A program made the position numbers and the translations under genes. This document shows positions 9,917-19,872 of a DNA stretch of 64,000 bases, one piece after another (positions within the stretch are counted from its first letter, which is position 1; every line of letters begins with the position of its first letter). The stretch comes from Thermoplasmata archaeon (GTDB taxonomy: Archaea; Thermoplasmatota; Thermoplasmata; Thermoplasmatales; GCA-001856825). The notes beneath the pieces are model-generated. The model had not been told where the DNA came from. It saw nothing but the letters and a program-made list of their open reading frames with translations, and ran no database searches. The stretch covers positions 128,001 through 192,000 of the forward strand of contig JAJYUZ010000003.1 in assembly GCA_021792255.1 (NCBI GenBank), given 5' to 3'.

Positions 9917-10140
9917 TTAGGTGACTTAAGGAAAAATTGATGCACAGACCCAGAGTGTCTAGAGACTTTGATTGGTCGACCATGTTACTCTCAACTCGGG
10001 ATAGGATTTCACACCCTTAGAAGGAATCGGACGACCAATGGAATAAGTACTGGTTTCTTGGGCGCTATGAGGATACAGGGAAATGTTACGCTGGAGAGAT
10101 TAGTATGAATTTCACCTTTTGAACCTTAGTTTAATATAAA

Positions 10141-10157
10141 TTTCTATTCTTTAGAAA
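10141..10157. promoter_or_regulatory. inverted repeat TTTCTA-N5-TAGAAA, candidate operator
   Basis: Perfect 6-bp arms about 30 nt upstream of the aminotransferase ATG at 10189. Confidence 0.35.
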
Positions 10158-10188
10158 GAATTGAATAGTTCGTATAGTTACTCTGACT

Positions 10189-11547
10189 ATGGTTGAGAAA
10201 TATTCCGACCGTTTAAAAGAAACTGCCAAAATTTGCACAAATTTAACATATGGTACTTGGAGGAAACAAGACGGTTGGTCTCCCCTCACCATCGAGAGTG
10301 CAGACGGATCGTATTTTACTGATAATTCCAGAAAGAGATATCTCGATTTTTCGTCGCAGTTGATGTGCTCAAATTTGGGTCACGGCAACAAGAATATCAG
10401 AGAGGCGATCTCTGCCCAGTTGGACAAATTCGAATACGTTCAACCCGGGTATGCAACCGAGGTTAGGGCAAGGGTTGCATTGCTCTTAAGGGAAGTGTTG
10501 CCTTCGTCTCTTACAAAATACTTTTTCGGTTCTTCTGGTACCGAAGCCAATGAGGCCGCTATAAAGACTGTCAGAATGTTCTTTCAGAGGGAGAGGAAGA
10601 CCAAGATAATTTCTAACTACAATTCCTATCACGGATCCACGTCAGGGAGCATAAGCCTGACGGGAGATTTCAGGAGAACTCCTGTCGACACGTACTATTC
10701 AATTTCTGGAGTTGTCCATTCCATACCTCCCTACTGCTATAGGTGTCCGCTAAAACTCAAGTTCCCTGAATGCGACTTGGCTTGCGCTGACTACAACCAT
10801 TATTTGGTGAAAAACGAAGGCAACATAGGAGGAATGATCGTTGAACCGGTCACGGGAACAAATGGAGTAATCGTCCCTCCCGATGGCTACCTCCAGAGGA
10901 TAAGGGAAATTACGAAGGAAAATGACGTTCTCCTAATTGCAGACGAAGTCATGAGTGGCTGGGGTCGAACGGGGGAGTGGTTTGCGGTAGATCACTGGGG
11001 GGTGAAGCCTGACATTCTTACAACTGCAAAGGGCATAACCGGGGCCTATCTTCCGTTGTCGCTCATGGCCACAAATAAGAGAATCGCTGACTACTTTGAC
11101 GAAAACTATTTTGCCCACGGTCACACCTACGAAGCCCATCCGGTTGCACTTGCAGCTGCTAACGCCGCAATAAAAGAGTACAAAGAAATGAATCTGATAG
11201 TAAGATCGAGAGAGATGGGAAAGAAGCTAGGCAAGAGGCTGGAGGAGATCAAGGAAAGACATAAGTCTGTAGGTGATGTTAGAAGCATAGGTCTGTTTGG
11301 AGCAGTTGAGTTAGTCAAAGATAGGAATAAGAAAACTCCTTTCAACGTGTACGAAGAAAAGTTGGAAGGAAAGACCCTAATGACTGACAGAGTTTCAAGA
11401 AAAGCAATGGAGCAGGGAGTCTATATAAATAACTGGTTAAATCACTTCGTGCTCGCTCCTCCTCTGGTGATAACTGAAGAAGAGCTTTCAAAGGGGCTCG
11501 ATACTCTTGACGCATGCTTGGAAATTTCTGACAGGGAGGTTGAATAG
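10189..11547 (+). CDS. class-III omega-amino acid aminotransferase (beta-alanine/PydD-like)
   Basis: Motifs YLDFSSQL, SYHGST, DEVMSGWGRTG, TTAKGIT and HGHTY. Directly upstream of MMSDH. Confidence 0.88.
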   Translation: MVEKYSDRLKETAKICTNLTYGTWRKQDGWSPLTIESADGSYFTDNSRKRYLDFSSQLMCSNLGHGNKNIREAISAQLDKFEYVQPGYATEVRARVALLLREVLPSSLTKYFFGSSGTEANEAAIKTVRMFFQRERKTKIISNYNSYHGSTSGSISLTGDFRRTPVDTYYSISGVVHSIPPYCYRCPLKLKFPECDLACADYNHYLVKNEGNIGGMIVEPVTGTNGVIVPPDGYLQRIREITKENDVLLIADEVMSGWGRTGEWFAVDHWGVKPDILTTAKGITGAYLPLSLMATNKRIADYFDENYFAHGHTYEAHPVALAAANAAIKEYKEMNLIVRSREMGKKLGKRLEEIKERHKSVGDVRSIGLFGAVELVKDRNKKTPFNVYEEKLEGKTLMTDRVSRKAMEQGVYINNWLNHFVLAPPLVITEEELSKGLDTLDACLEISDREVE

Positions 11548-12996
11548 ATGAGAACCATAAAGAATTACGTAAACTCAAAATTCGAGGACGGCGAAGGACA
11601 GGAGATGTACGAAGTGTTCAACCCAGCTTTCGGGAAAAGGATCGCGTACGTCAGAGAGGGAAAGAGAGAAGAGACAAACAGGGCGATTGATGAAGCTCAC
11701 GATGCACAGACAAAGTGGCAGCAAGTTCCAGTATCTGACCGTATAAAATTTCTCTTCAGACTTGAGAACCTAATGTGGAACAGGTTGGATCAGATAGCTG
11801 AGGTCACGACAAATGAACACGGGAAGACATTTGAGGAGTCCAAAGGAGATGTGGTGAGAGCAATTCAGAATGTTGAGTCTGCCGCAGCGGCGAGTTATCA
11901 GCTAATGGGAAGGAACAACAGACAGATCGCTTCTGGAATTGATGAGGAACTCGTTAGGGTCCCGCTAGGCGTGTGTGCAGTGATCTCTCCCTTCAATTTT
12001 CCGGTTATGATTCCATTCTGGTTTTTTCCGTATGCAGTAACTTTGGGGAATACCGTCGTTATCAAGCCATCTGAAAAGACTCCAATGAGCATGGAAATGA
12101 TAATGGACCTGGTCAAAGACTCGGGCTACCCTGACGGAGTCATACAACTCATAAACGGAGGGAAGGAAGTTGTGGACTACATTCTCGAGAATAAGAAAAT
12201 AGCGGGAGTGAGTTTTGTCGGATCCACTCCCGTCGCAGAGTACGTCTACAAGAAGGGAACCTCAAACAGGAAGAGAGTTCAAGGAGGAGCATCCGCAAAA
12301 AACTACATTCTCGTAATGCCTGATGCTGATCTCGATGGAAGCATAGATAACATGATTGGATCCTTCTACGGTAATGCCGGGGAAAGGTGCCTCGCTGGGT
12401 CAGTACTTGTGACGTTCCCAGAAAATCATGACAGGGTCTTAGACGCATTCAAGAGAAGGGCAAAGGAACTGAAGCTGGGATACGGAATGGAAAAAACGAC
12501 AGACATGGGTCCTCTAATAAGAAGGGATCATATGGAAAGGGTTGAAAGGTACATTGATGCGGGACGCAATGAAGGGGGGAAAATCGTGCTCGATGGAAGA
12601 GACTCTAGGTGCAGCGAGTACCCAGAAGGTTTCTTCCTAGGACCATCAATCATAGACAATGTGGCGGAAGGAATGACTGTAATGAACGAAGAGATATTTG
12701 GACCGGTTGCATCAGTCCATACTTCTGATTCATTTGAACACGCTCTTGAAGTAATAAACAAAAGCAGATATGGGAATGCATCCTCGATCTATACGACCTC
12801 TGGTAAAAGCGCAAAGAGATTCTCAGAAAGGATAGAGGCAGGTAACATAGGTGTGAATGTGGGAGTAGCTGCTCCCATAGCATTCTATCCGTTCTCTGGA
12901 ATGAAAGACTCATTCTTTGGTGACCTGCACCCACAGGGTGGGGACGATGGTATCTCGTTTTTCACTGAGAGAAAGGTGATTATCTCAAAGTGGTAA
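11548..12996 (+). CDS. mmsA: CoA-acylating (methyl)malonate-semialdehyde dehydrogenase
   Basis: Motifs PFNFPVMIP, KPSE, FVGST, RVQ...AKN (no catalytic Glu), GERCLA and FSGMKDSFFGDLH. Confidence 0.9.
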   Translation: MRTIKNYVNSKFEDGEGQEMYEVFNPAFGKRIAYVREGKREETNRAIDEAHDAQTKWQQVPVSDRIKFLFRLENLMWNRLDQIAEVTTNEHGKTFEESKGDVVRAIQNVESAAAASYQLMGRNNRQIASGIDEELVRVPLGVCAVISPFNFPVMIPFWFFPYAVTLGNTVVIKPSEKTPMSMEMIMDLVKDSGYPDGVIQLINGGKEVVDYILENKKIAGVSFVGSTPVAEYVYKKGTSNRKRVQGGASAKNYILVMPDADLDGSIDNMIGSFYGNAGERCLAGSVLVTFPENHDRVLDAFKRRAKELKLGYGMEKTTDMGPLIRRDHMERVERYIDAGRNEGGKIVLDGRDSRCSEYPEGFFLGPSIIDNVAEGMTVMNEEIFGPVASVHTSDSFEHALEVINKSRYGNASSIYTTSGKSAKRFSERIEAGNIGVNVGVAAPIAFYPFSGMKDSFFGDLHPQGGDDGISFFTERKVIISKW

Positions 12997-13116
12997 AACA
13001 GTATTACCTCTAAATTTCTAATTTTATCTCATTATCTCTGGAAAATTTAGCAAAAATGCATCAAATTTTGAGAATAATAGACGGCAAACTTTAAATTAGG
13101 TGATTGTTTGTAATGG

Positions 13117-15012
13117 TTGACGGTTAAGATGAAGCGTTCTGTTATAACAATAATTGTGGTGGTAGTGGTATTAATCGTAATTGTTTCCTCATTAGGAGTC
13201 TATGAAATAAATCAAAAGAAATCTAGCACTCCGGACACACTGGTCGTCGAGGAGCCACAACCCTATGACAGTCTCGATCCTGCAGTGACTTTTGCTACGC
13301 CTGGGTGGGAAATAATGAATCAAGTCTATCAGGGATTGGTGGCACCGAATGGAACAAGCGAAACATCTTTTGTCCCAGTACTGGCACAAAACTGGTCGGT
13401 CTCTTCTGATGGAATGAGCTATACTTTCTTCCTCAGACATAACGTCACATTTTCGAATGGAGATCCCTTCAATGCGTACGTAATGTGGTTCTCTCTTTAC
13501 AGGAACATGATGGTGAATCAAGCCCCCGAATTCATTCTTGGACAGAACATGGCCACGAACAATACCGCGACTAATGACACGTTCAATATAACAACCTCAT
13601 TTCTGAATGACACTAATTACACGAGCCCTAGTCCTTCTTCGCTCAGCGTAATGAACAATCCAAATCAGTCAGTGCAAGTCATAAATGCCTATGAACTGAA
13701 AATAAACATGGGTTGGGGATACAACGGTTACCTTCCATACAATCAGTTCCTCATGACGCTTACTACTCCTATGGCAGCAGCGGTCGACCCTATCGTAGTA
13801 CATAATCACGGAGGAGTGGTGGCAGGACAGCCCAATTCCTATATGGCAGCCAACGCGAACGGAACTGGATTTTATATGATAAGATCTATTACTCCGGAAC
13901 AAAGTGTTACACTAGAGATAAACCCTAATTACTGGGGAGATAAGCTTCCTTCAAACCAGCTCAATGATGCTATCAGTCCTCCTCACATTAAATACATAGT
14001 GATAGAATACAAGCAGACATCCGCCATGATTTCTGATCTCAAGGGTGGCAAGGCTCAAATAGTCCAGCTCCCAGTCACGGATTATGCGAGTGCACAATCA
14101 ATTTCAGGAGTTAACGCGAGTCTCCTTCCCATCAAATTTGGTTCATCTGAAAATGCGTACTACGTATTCATGGATCAGAACGTAGCGCCATTTAATGGAT
14201 CCTCGGGCATCTACGTCAGAGCGGCCGTAACATACGCACTGAACTATACTGGGTTGATAAATTCCGTTTTCGGTGGCAGGGCCGTTCAATGGATTGGACC
14301 TGTGCCACCGGGATTTGAATACTACAACCGGTCGTTCTCGAGTTTGACACCGTCAGAACTCCAGTACATGCAGTCTCAGGGGTACACTTCTAATGTCACT
14401 TCTCTGAGTCCTTACCAGTACAATGCCTCTCTTGCTGCGGAATATCTCCATATGGCTGGATATCGCGCCGTTTTCCCTAACGGAACCGTACAACAGGGTC
14501 CAAATGGTAGTCTACCATCCATCAACTTCCTTTACGATTCTGAAGACCCATCGCAAGTCTTAGCTTCTCAAATTATCGTGCAATATCTCGGAGCAATAGG
14601 TATCAACGTCACCCTGAAACCACTCACAAGCACACCTTACACATCGTGGATTTACGGAATTCTTGGGAACACGTCAGACTATCCTATGGGTATCAACTTT
14701 TACACCGAAGACTATTCTGCAGCAATAGATTACGTTACAAATCTTGCAGCCGGTTACTACAACGGGACGGGTTACTGGAACAACACTGTTTTCAACTGGA
14801 CAGTAAATGCCAGTACATCCTTTAACGATAACATAGTCGCACAGAACTTAACGTACATAACTTACGCAATGTATACCAACTACACCATGGCGTGGCTCTA
14901 CGTACCATATTTCCTCCAGGTTCATACCACAGACGTCACGGGAATGATCCCCAATACCGCAGGATCTGGAGCGGGTTACTTTATGTACTATAACACTGTG
15001 CAGTTCACATAA
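13117..15012 (+). CDS. ABC transporter substrate-binding protein, family 5
   Basis: N-terminal TM anchor; LDPA, LAQNWSVS.DG.SYTF.LR.NVTFSNG, NPNYWG and VRAAV.YA; about 26 N-x-S/T sequons. Confidence 0.9.
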   Translation: MTVKMKRSVITIIVVVVVLIVIVSSLGVYEINQKKSSTPDTLVVEEPQPYDSLDPAVTFATPGWEIMNQVYQGLVAPNGTSETSFVPVLAQNWSVSSDGMSYTFFLRHNVTFSNGDPFNAYVMWFSLYRNMMVNQAPEFILGQNMATNNTATNDTFNITTSFLNDTNYTSPSPSSLSVMNNPNQSVQVINAYELKINMGWGYNGYLPYNQFLMTLTTPMAAAVDPIVVHNHGGVVAGQPNSYMAANANGTGFYMIRSITPEQSVTLEINPNYWGDKLPSNQLNDAISPPHIKYIVIEYKQTSAMISDLKGGKAQIVQLPVTDYASAQSISGVNASLLPIKFGSSENAYYVFMDQNVAPFNGSSGIYVRAAVTYALNYTGLINSVFGGRAVQWIGPVPPGFEYYNRSFSSLTPSELQYMQSQGYTSNVTSLSPYQYNASLAAEYLHMAGYRAVFPNGTVQQGPNGSLPSINFLYDSEDPSQVLASQIIVQYLGAIGINVTLKPLTSTPYTSWIYGILGNTSDYPMGINFYTEDYSAAIDYVTNLAAGYYNGTGYWNNTVFNWTVNASTSFNDNIVAQNLTYITYAMYTNYTMAWLYVPYFLQVHTTDVTGMIPNTAGSGAGYFMYYNTVQFT

Positions 15013-15021
15013 GGTGATCCA

Positions 15022-16056
15022 TTGGAGGGGAAACAGGAACTGGCGTACTTCATCCTCAGAAGAATTGGTCTGTCAGTACTCGTCATACTGGGGACAATTG
15101 TTATAATTTTTTTAATTTCTCATTATCTTAGCAAGGATCCTGCAGCTCTATGGGCAGGTCCAAAAGCTAGACCATCAACTATAGCAGCCGTCATCAGGAG
15201 GTACGACCTCAACAAGCCAATCTGGTTCCAGTTATCTCTATTCATAAAGGATTTCTTTACCGGGAACTTTGGTACCGATCCCGTCACCGGCCTCTCGATA
15301 AGCAATGAAATATTCTACTACTTCCCAAACACGCTTGAGCTGATCCTCACATCTCTTGTGATAATAGTTTTAACCGGAGTCGGTCTGGGATATATTTCCG
15401 CAATCAACTTCGGATCAAAGAAGGATGCGTTCATAAGAATTCTCTATACTGCTGCGTGGGCTTCTCCAACTTTTCTCGTTAGTATTCTTGCGATAATTTT
15501 GTTCACCTCATACATACCCCTATTCCCCTCCAGCGGGATGTATTCCGCGATCATTATTCCGCCACATCGCATTACAGGACTGTTCATACTGGACTCTCTC
15601 ATCTCTCTGAATTTCGGAGACTTTACGGACGGAATATATCACATCATTCTTCCAGCCCTATCGCTTGCGTTCCTCAATTTCGGCATAATCACGAGAATAA
15701 GCAGAAATGGAATTCTTGGAGTCAAATGGCTTCCCTACGTAAAATCTGCGAGAGCGAGAGGGCTCGATAATAGGAGTGTTAACAGGAGGCATATACTCAG
15801 AAATGGACTTGTTGAGAGTAATACCGTTATTGCAGTAATGTTTGGCTGGTTAATCACTGGCGATGTCATTGTTGAAGAAATCTTTGGCTGGCCGGGAATA
15901 GGCAGATTCGCCTATACTACTATCGCAAACGATGATTATCCCGCACTGATATTCATAGTGATTGTTTTTACAATTCTGGTCATCGTAGCCAATCTTGTCG
16001 CGGATATAATGTACGCAGCACTCGATCCAAGAATAAGGTTGGGTGGTGAGGATTGA
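15022..16056 (+). CDS. ABC transporter permease (DppB-like)
   Basis: Motifs PNTLEL, HIILPAL, ARARGL, VEEIFGWPGIG and DPRI. Confidence 0.92.
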   Translation: MEGKQELAYFILRRIGLSVLVILGTIVIIFLISHYLSKDPAALWAGPKARPSTIAAVIRRYDLNKPIWFQLSLFIKDFFTGNFGTDPVTGLSISNEIFYYFPNTLELILTSLVIIVLTGVGLGYISAINFGSKKDAFIRILYTAAWASPTFLVSILAIILFTSYIPLFPSSGMYSAIIIPPHRITGLFILDSLISLNFGDFTDGIYHIILPALSLAFLNFGIITRISRNGILGVKWLPYVKSARARGLDNRSVNRRHILRNGLVESNTVIAVMFGWLITGDVIVEEIFGWPGIGRFAYTTIANDDYPALIFIVIVFTILVIVANLVADIMYAALDPRIRLGGED

Positions 16057-16979
16057 AGCCCGTTCTGAAGAGGCCTCTAGAGATCGTGATGAGCAACAGA
16101 CTATCTGGAAGCGGTTTCATAATTATTGCGGTGTTTGTGCTAATAGGTTTGGCGTACGTCATTTTTGGAAATCATTTGGTTCCGTACAATCCGCTTAAAA
16201 TCAACCTCTCTGACGTCAATGCTCCTCCAACTTTCTCTCACGTCTTTGGAACCGATCAACTGGGGAGAGACATATTCTCCAGAGTGGTCGCCGCCATCCC
16301 GATAGACATAGGGCTATCGATTTTCATTGTCGCTGTTTCTGCCCTCGTCGGTCTATTCTTGGGTACTTTTGCGGGCTATTTCAGAGGGATAGTGGAGGAG
16401 GTGATAATGCGCCTGACGGACTTGTTCTTTGCCTTTCCACCTCTTGTCATGTCTATGGCCATTGCTGCTACTCTTGGGCCGAGCCTTATCAATGCAGCCT
16501 TCTCAATCATATTCGTGTGGTGGCCTCCGTACGTGAGACTGGTGAGAGGGAGCACACTCCAAGTCTCAGCGAGCGACTTCATAACAATGTCTAAAGTCCT
16601 CAATACAAGATTTTTCAAGATAATGTTCAAGGGCATTCTCCCAAACATTATGACAACACTCGTCGTCTACGCTACGATGGATATAGGAACTGCAATGCTG
16701 ACCCTTTCATCTCTGGGATTCTTAGGAATTGGGATACCGGTATATCAGCCCGAGCTTGGCCTAATGTCATCAATACTAACCACTAACCTGTATACGGATC
16801 CGTTAGAAGGGCTAATACCTGCGTTATTCCTGTTCATCATAGTGATGGGATTCAGTCTTATGGGAGAGGGACTGGCAGAAATAATTGACCCGAACATCAG
16901 GTCTCATCTGTTCTCTAGAAGAAGAAGATTGGAAGAAATCAAAAAGGCAAGTGAAAAGAAGGCTAAGGTAGCCGACTGA
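16053..16979 (+). CDS. ABC transporter permease (DppC-like)
   Basis: Motifs FGTDQLGRDIFSR, MRLTD...AFP and LGFLGIG; TTGA overlap with the upstream permease. Confidence 0.92.
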   Translation: MKPVLKRPLEIVMSNRLSGSGFIIIAVFVLIGLAYVIFGNHLVPYNPLKINLSDVNAPPTFSHVFGTDQLGRDIFSRVVAAIPIDIGLSIFIVAVSALVGLFLGTFAGYFRGIVEEVIMRLTDLFFAFPPLVMSMAIAATLGPSLINAAFSIIFVWWPPYVRLVRGSTLQVSASDFITMSKVLNTRFFKIMFKGILPNIMTTLVVYATMDIGTAMLTLSSLGFLGIGIPVYQPELGLMSSILTTNLYTDPLEGLIPALFLFIIVMGFSLMGEGLAEIIDPNIRSHLFSRRRRLEEIKKASEKKAKVAD

Positions 16980-16988
16980 TCATCTCTT

Positions 16989-17780
16989 TTACTTGTCAGA
17001 ATTTTTCTTGGATCTGAATGAGGGGATAGGTACGAAGATGAGAGCAATGATCACAATGATTAGTATGACCATTATCTCATTGCTGGCTTGTGGAATGTAT
17101 TCTGTCTGTCCCGTAACCCAAAGCTTGAGGACCCCAAACACTGGCAGATAGCCAACAGCATATCCGACTACCTGAGTTGTATTCACCAGACTACCGTAGT
17201 CAATGCCGGTATCCTGGTCTGCGGCAATGGTGTAATTTCCGTCAACTCCTCCAATTCTGTTGGCGAAATTGTTATCTCCCATAGTCACGAATCCTTCCTG
17301 CCCGATCACGTTCTGTAGTTTTACTTCCAGATTTTGGTGAGTGTAACCCACGTCCGTGATGTAGACGTTTGACCCCTGAATCGAGAGCCAGGATGGATTG
17401 TTGTTTCCATAGAGAATGGGAGTTGTTCCAGACCAGCCTTCTACGTAAAAGATGGCCCTGTGAATTACTAGCTCCCTAAGAACGTAATTCTTGTAAACGA
17501 TTACGTTACCGAACTCGCCGTAATTTGATGGAAACCCTCTTTCTCTCGCTAGCAGATACGTCTGCACATCAGTGAACGAACTGACTTTCTTGACCGCTAC
17601 GATATCTCCCGTATTGATCACGCCAAACACGAAATTGTTTCCATGTTGCATCGAACTTGATTCAACGATAACTGCAGGAGGCCAGTTTCCAGTGTAGATG
17701 AAGAGGGATGAGAATACTATAGCCAGTACTGCCAGCATCGTAATTATGCTAATTGTTTCCTTCTTGTACTTAAGGATCAC
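16989..17780 (-). CDS. signal peptidase I, archaeal Sec11-type (S26)
   Basis: Catalytic Ser in ESSSMQH, His in VIHRA, and GDNN; N- and C-terminal TM helices. Confidence 0.85.
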   Translation of the reverse strand: MILKYKKETISIITMLAVLAIVFSSLFIYTGNWPPAVIVESSSMQHGNNFVFGVINTGDIVAVKKVSSFTDVQTYLLARERGFPSNYGEFGNVIVYKNYVLRELVIHRAIFYVEGWSGTTPILYGNNNPSWLSIQGSNVYITDVGYTHQNLEVKLQNVIGQEGFVTMGDNNFANRIGGVDGNYTIAADQDTGIDYGSLVNTTQVVGYAVGYLPVFGVLKLWVTGQTEYIPQASNEIMVILIIVIIALIFVPIPSFRSKKNSDK

Positions 17781-17883
17781 CGCGGGTTTAGATGATTATC
17801 AATTAAAGTATTTGCTGTCGAGTCTAAGTGGAAAAAATTTATAGACACAATGTTTTATTAATCAGAACTATTTAACTGCTGAA

Positions 17884-18378
17884 ATGAAGGATGGAAAAAT
17901 TACATTAGATCAACTTAATAGCCTCGACAAGAAGATTCTACTTAGCATCTTCGAAACGAGAGAGACAAATCTGAGCGTCATTTCTAAAAAAGTTGGAGTT
18001 TCAAAATCCACAGTTCACAATAGATTGAAGAAAATGAAGAGTAGCAATTTCCTAAAGGGGGTCATACCTCTCATTAATCAAGCGAACCTCGATAGAGGTA
18101 TCACTGCAATTTCCTTGATCAGGTCAAAATATGGCCCAGAATACGGAGAAGCAATGGGAGCTAAAATTGCTAAGATCAGGGGAGTATGGGCCGTCTATTT
18201 CGTTCTAGGAAGCATAGATTTTGTCGCTATGATCCGTGCAAAGAACAAAACAGATCTTGCCGCAATAGTCAACGAACTATCGAAGACTCAGGGAATAGAG
18301 AGAAGCGAGACTATAATGGCACTAAACACTGCTAAGGAAGATTTCCCAGAGTCCCTTAAGCTCATTATAAAGGATTGA
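17884..18378 (+). CDS. Lrp/AsnC family regulator (BarR/Grp-like)
   Basis: HTH VSKSTVHNRL; RSKYG...GAKIAKIRGVWAVYFVLGSIDF. Confidence 0.9.
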   Translation: MKDGKITLDQLNSLDKKILLSIFETRETNLSVISKKVGVSKSTVHNRLKKMKSSNFLKGVIPLINQANLDRGITAISLIRSKYGPEYGEAMGAKIAKIRGVWAVYFVLGSIDFVAMIRAKNKTDLAAIVNELSKTQGIERSETIMALNTAKEDFPESLKLIIKD

Positions 18379-18392
18379 TGACGAATAAAGTA

Positions 18393-18412
18393 TCTAAATC
18401 ATCTAATTTAGA
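18393..18412. promoter_or_regulatory. inverted repeat TCTAAAT-N6-ATTTAGA, candidate operator or terminator
   Basis: Perfect 7-bp arms between the Lrp gene and the aminotransferase. Confidence 0.35.
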
Positions 18413-18495
18413 GTAATTTTTTTCCATTGTTATCACAACCGGAGAAACTTATCCACGATTAATATACTGGATTTCATTAATATCCGTGATGATAA

Positions 18496-19872
18496 ATGTC
18501 AATGCAAACACCGAGCAGATTGAGTATTGAAAACGCACCCATATTGAAGACAAAGGTTCCTGGACCAAAATCGATGGAATTTCTTGATATTCAAGACACA
18601 CTTGAGACATCTAGCAGATCTTACACTAATTTCTTCAAATTTGCCATCGATTATGGAAAGGGATCGACATTAGTGGACGTGGATGGAAATGTCTTCATTG
18701 ACTGGTTCGGAGGCGTTTCAGTTCTTAACTTGGGCCATGGACATCCCGCAGTAATGCAAGCTATAAGGACACAACTTGAGAAAATTACCCATATAACAGA
18801 AGTTCCTACCGAGGCTAGGATCAGGTATCTAAAGACCTTGAATTCTGTGTTACCGGGAAAAATGAAGGATAATTCGAAGATAATGATGACCGTCACAGGG
18901 GCGGATGCCTGTGAGGCAGCAGTATCCCTGGCAAGATTTAATTCAAAGAAACCAACCATTATCTCTTTCACGGGCTCATACCACGGCATCGCTGGCGGAA
19001 TTGTAGGAGCCACTTCTAATTATCATTATAGAGATTACGCGGGGTTCTCTTCGCAGAATTATGTGTATGCACCCTACCCGTATCCGTACAGATTTTCTAA
19101 AAAAACGAAAAAGGAAGACATCTCAAAGGAGGTCGTAGAGAGAATTGAAGACATGATTGGTGATCCGTACTCTGGTATCCCTCCTGTCGGAGGGATTATC
19201 GTTGAGCCTATTCAGGGAGAGGGTGGGTACATCGTGCCACCAGATGATTTTCTACCAATGCTTAGAGAAACTTGTGACAACCACTCCATCCCTCTCATAA
19301 TAGACGAGGTTCAGAGCGGAATAGGAAGAACAGGAAAGATGTGGGCCTCTGAATATCTCAATGTCACTCCTGATATAATGTGCATCTCAAAGAGCATTGG
19401 TGGAGGTATTCCCATTTCCTCTGTAGTCTACAGGAAGGATTTTGACCAGGTACCTAAGGCATTCCATCTGGGAACGTACAGGGGGAATCCACTGGGACTG
19501 GCCGCAGGAGCGGCAATTTTGGACGTGGTAAAGGATGAAAAATTCCTGGAAAGGGTCAGATCTAAGGGAAGATATCTGTTGGACAGATTCCAGGAAATCA
19601 AGGATCAAACTGAGATCGTTGGGGATGTGAGGGGGAGAGGTTACATGGCAGCGGCCGAGATCGTTAATAGCAGGAATGATAAGACCCCAGGAACCGAGCT
19701 TACGGGAAACATAAGAGAGGCGTTATTCAGGAAGGGACTGCTGATGCACACTTGCGGACATTACGGCAACGCAATGCGGTTCATGGCTCCTCTGACTATA
19801 GAAGATGATCTTCTCGATAAAGGATTATCTATCTTTGAAGAAACGATCAGGAAAACGGAAGTAAGATCATGA
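18496..19872 (+). CDS. gabT: 4-aminobutyrate/beta-alanine-type class-III aminotransferase
   Basis: Motifs PGPKS, EPIQGEGGY, DEVQSGIGRTG, ISKSIGGG and GTYRGNP. Confidence 0.8.
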   Translation: MSMQTPSRLSIENAPILKTKVPGPKSMEFLDIQDTLETSSRSYTNFFKFAIDYGKGSTLVDVDGNVFIDWFGGVSVLNLGHGHPAVMQAIRTQLEKITHITEVPTEARIRYLKTLNSVLPGKMKDNSKIMMTVTGADACEAAVSLARFNSKKPTIISFTGSYHGIAGGIVGATSNYHYRDYAGFSSQNYVYAPYPYPYRFSKKTKKEDISKEVVERIEDMIGDPYSGIPPVGGIIVEPIQGEGGYIVPPDDFLPMLRETCDNHSIPLIIDEVQSGIGRTGKMWASEYLNVTPDIMCISKSIGGGIPISSVVYRKDFDQVPKAFHLGTYRGNPLGLAAGAAILDVVKDEKFLERVRSKGRYLLDRFQEIKDQTEIVGDVRGRGYMAAAEIVNSRNDKTPGTELTGNIREALFRKGLLMHTCGHYGNAMRFMAPLTIEDDLLDKGLSIFEETIRKTEVRS

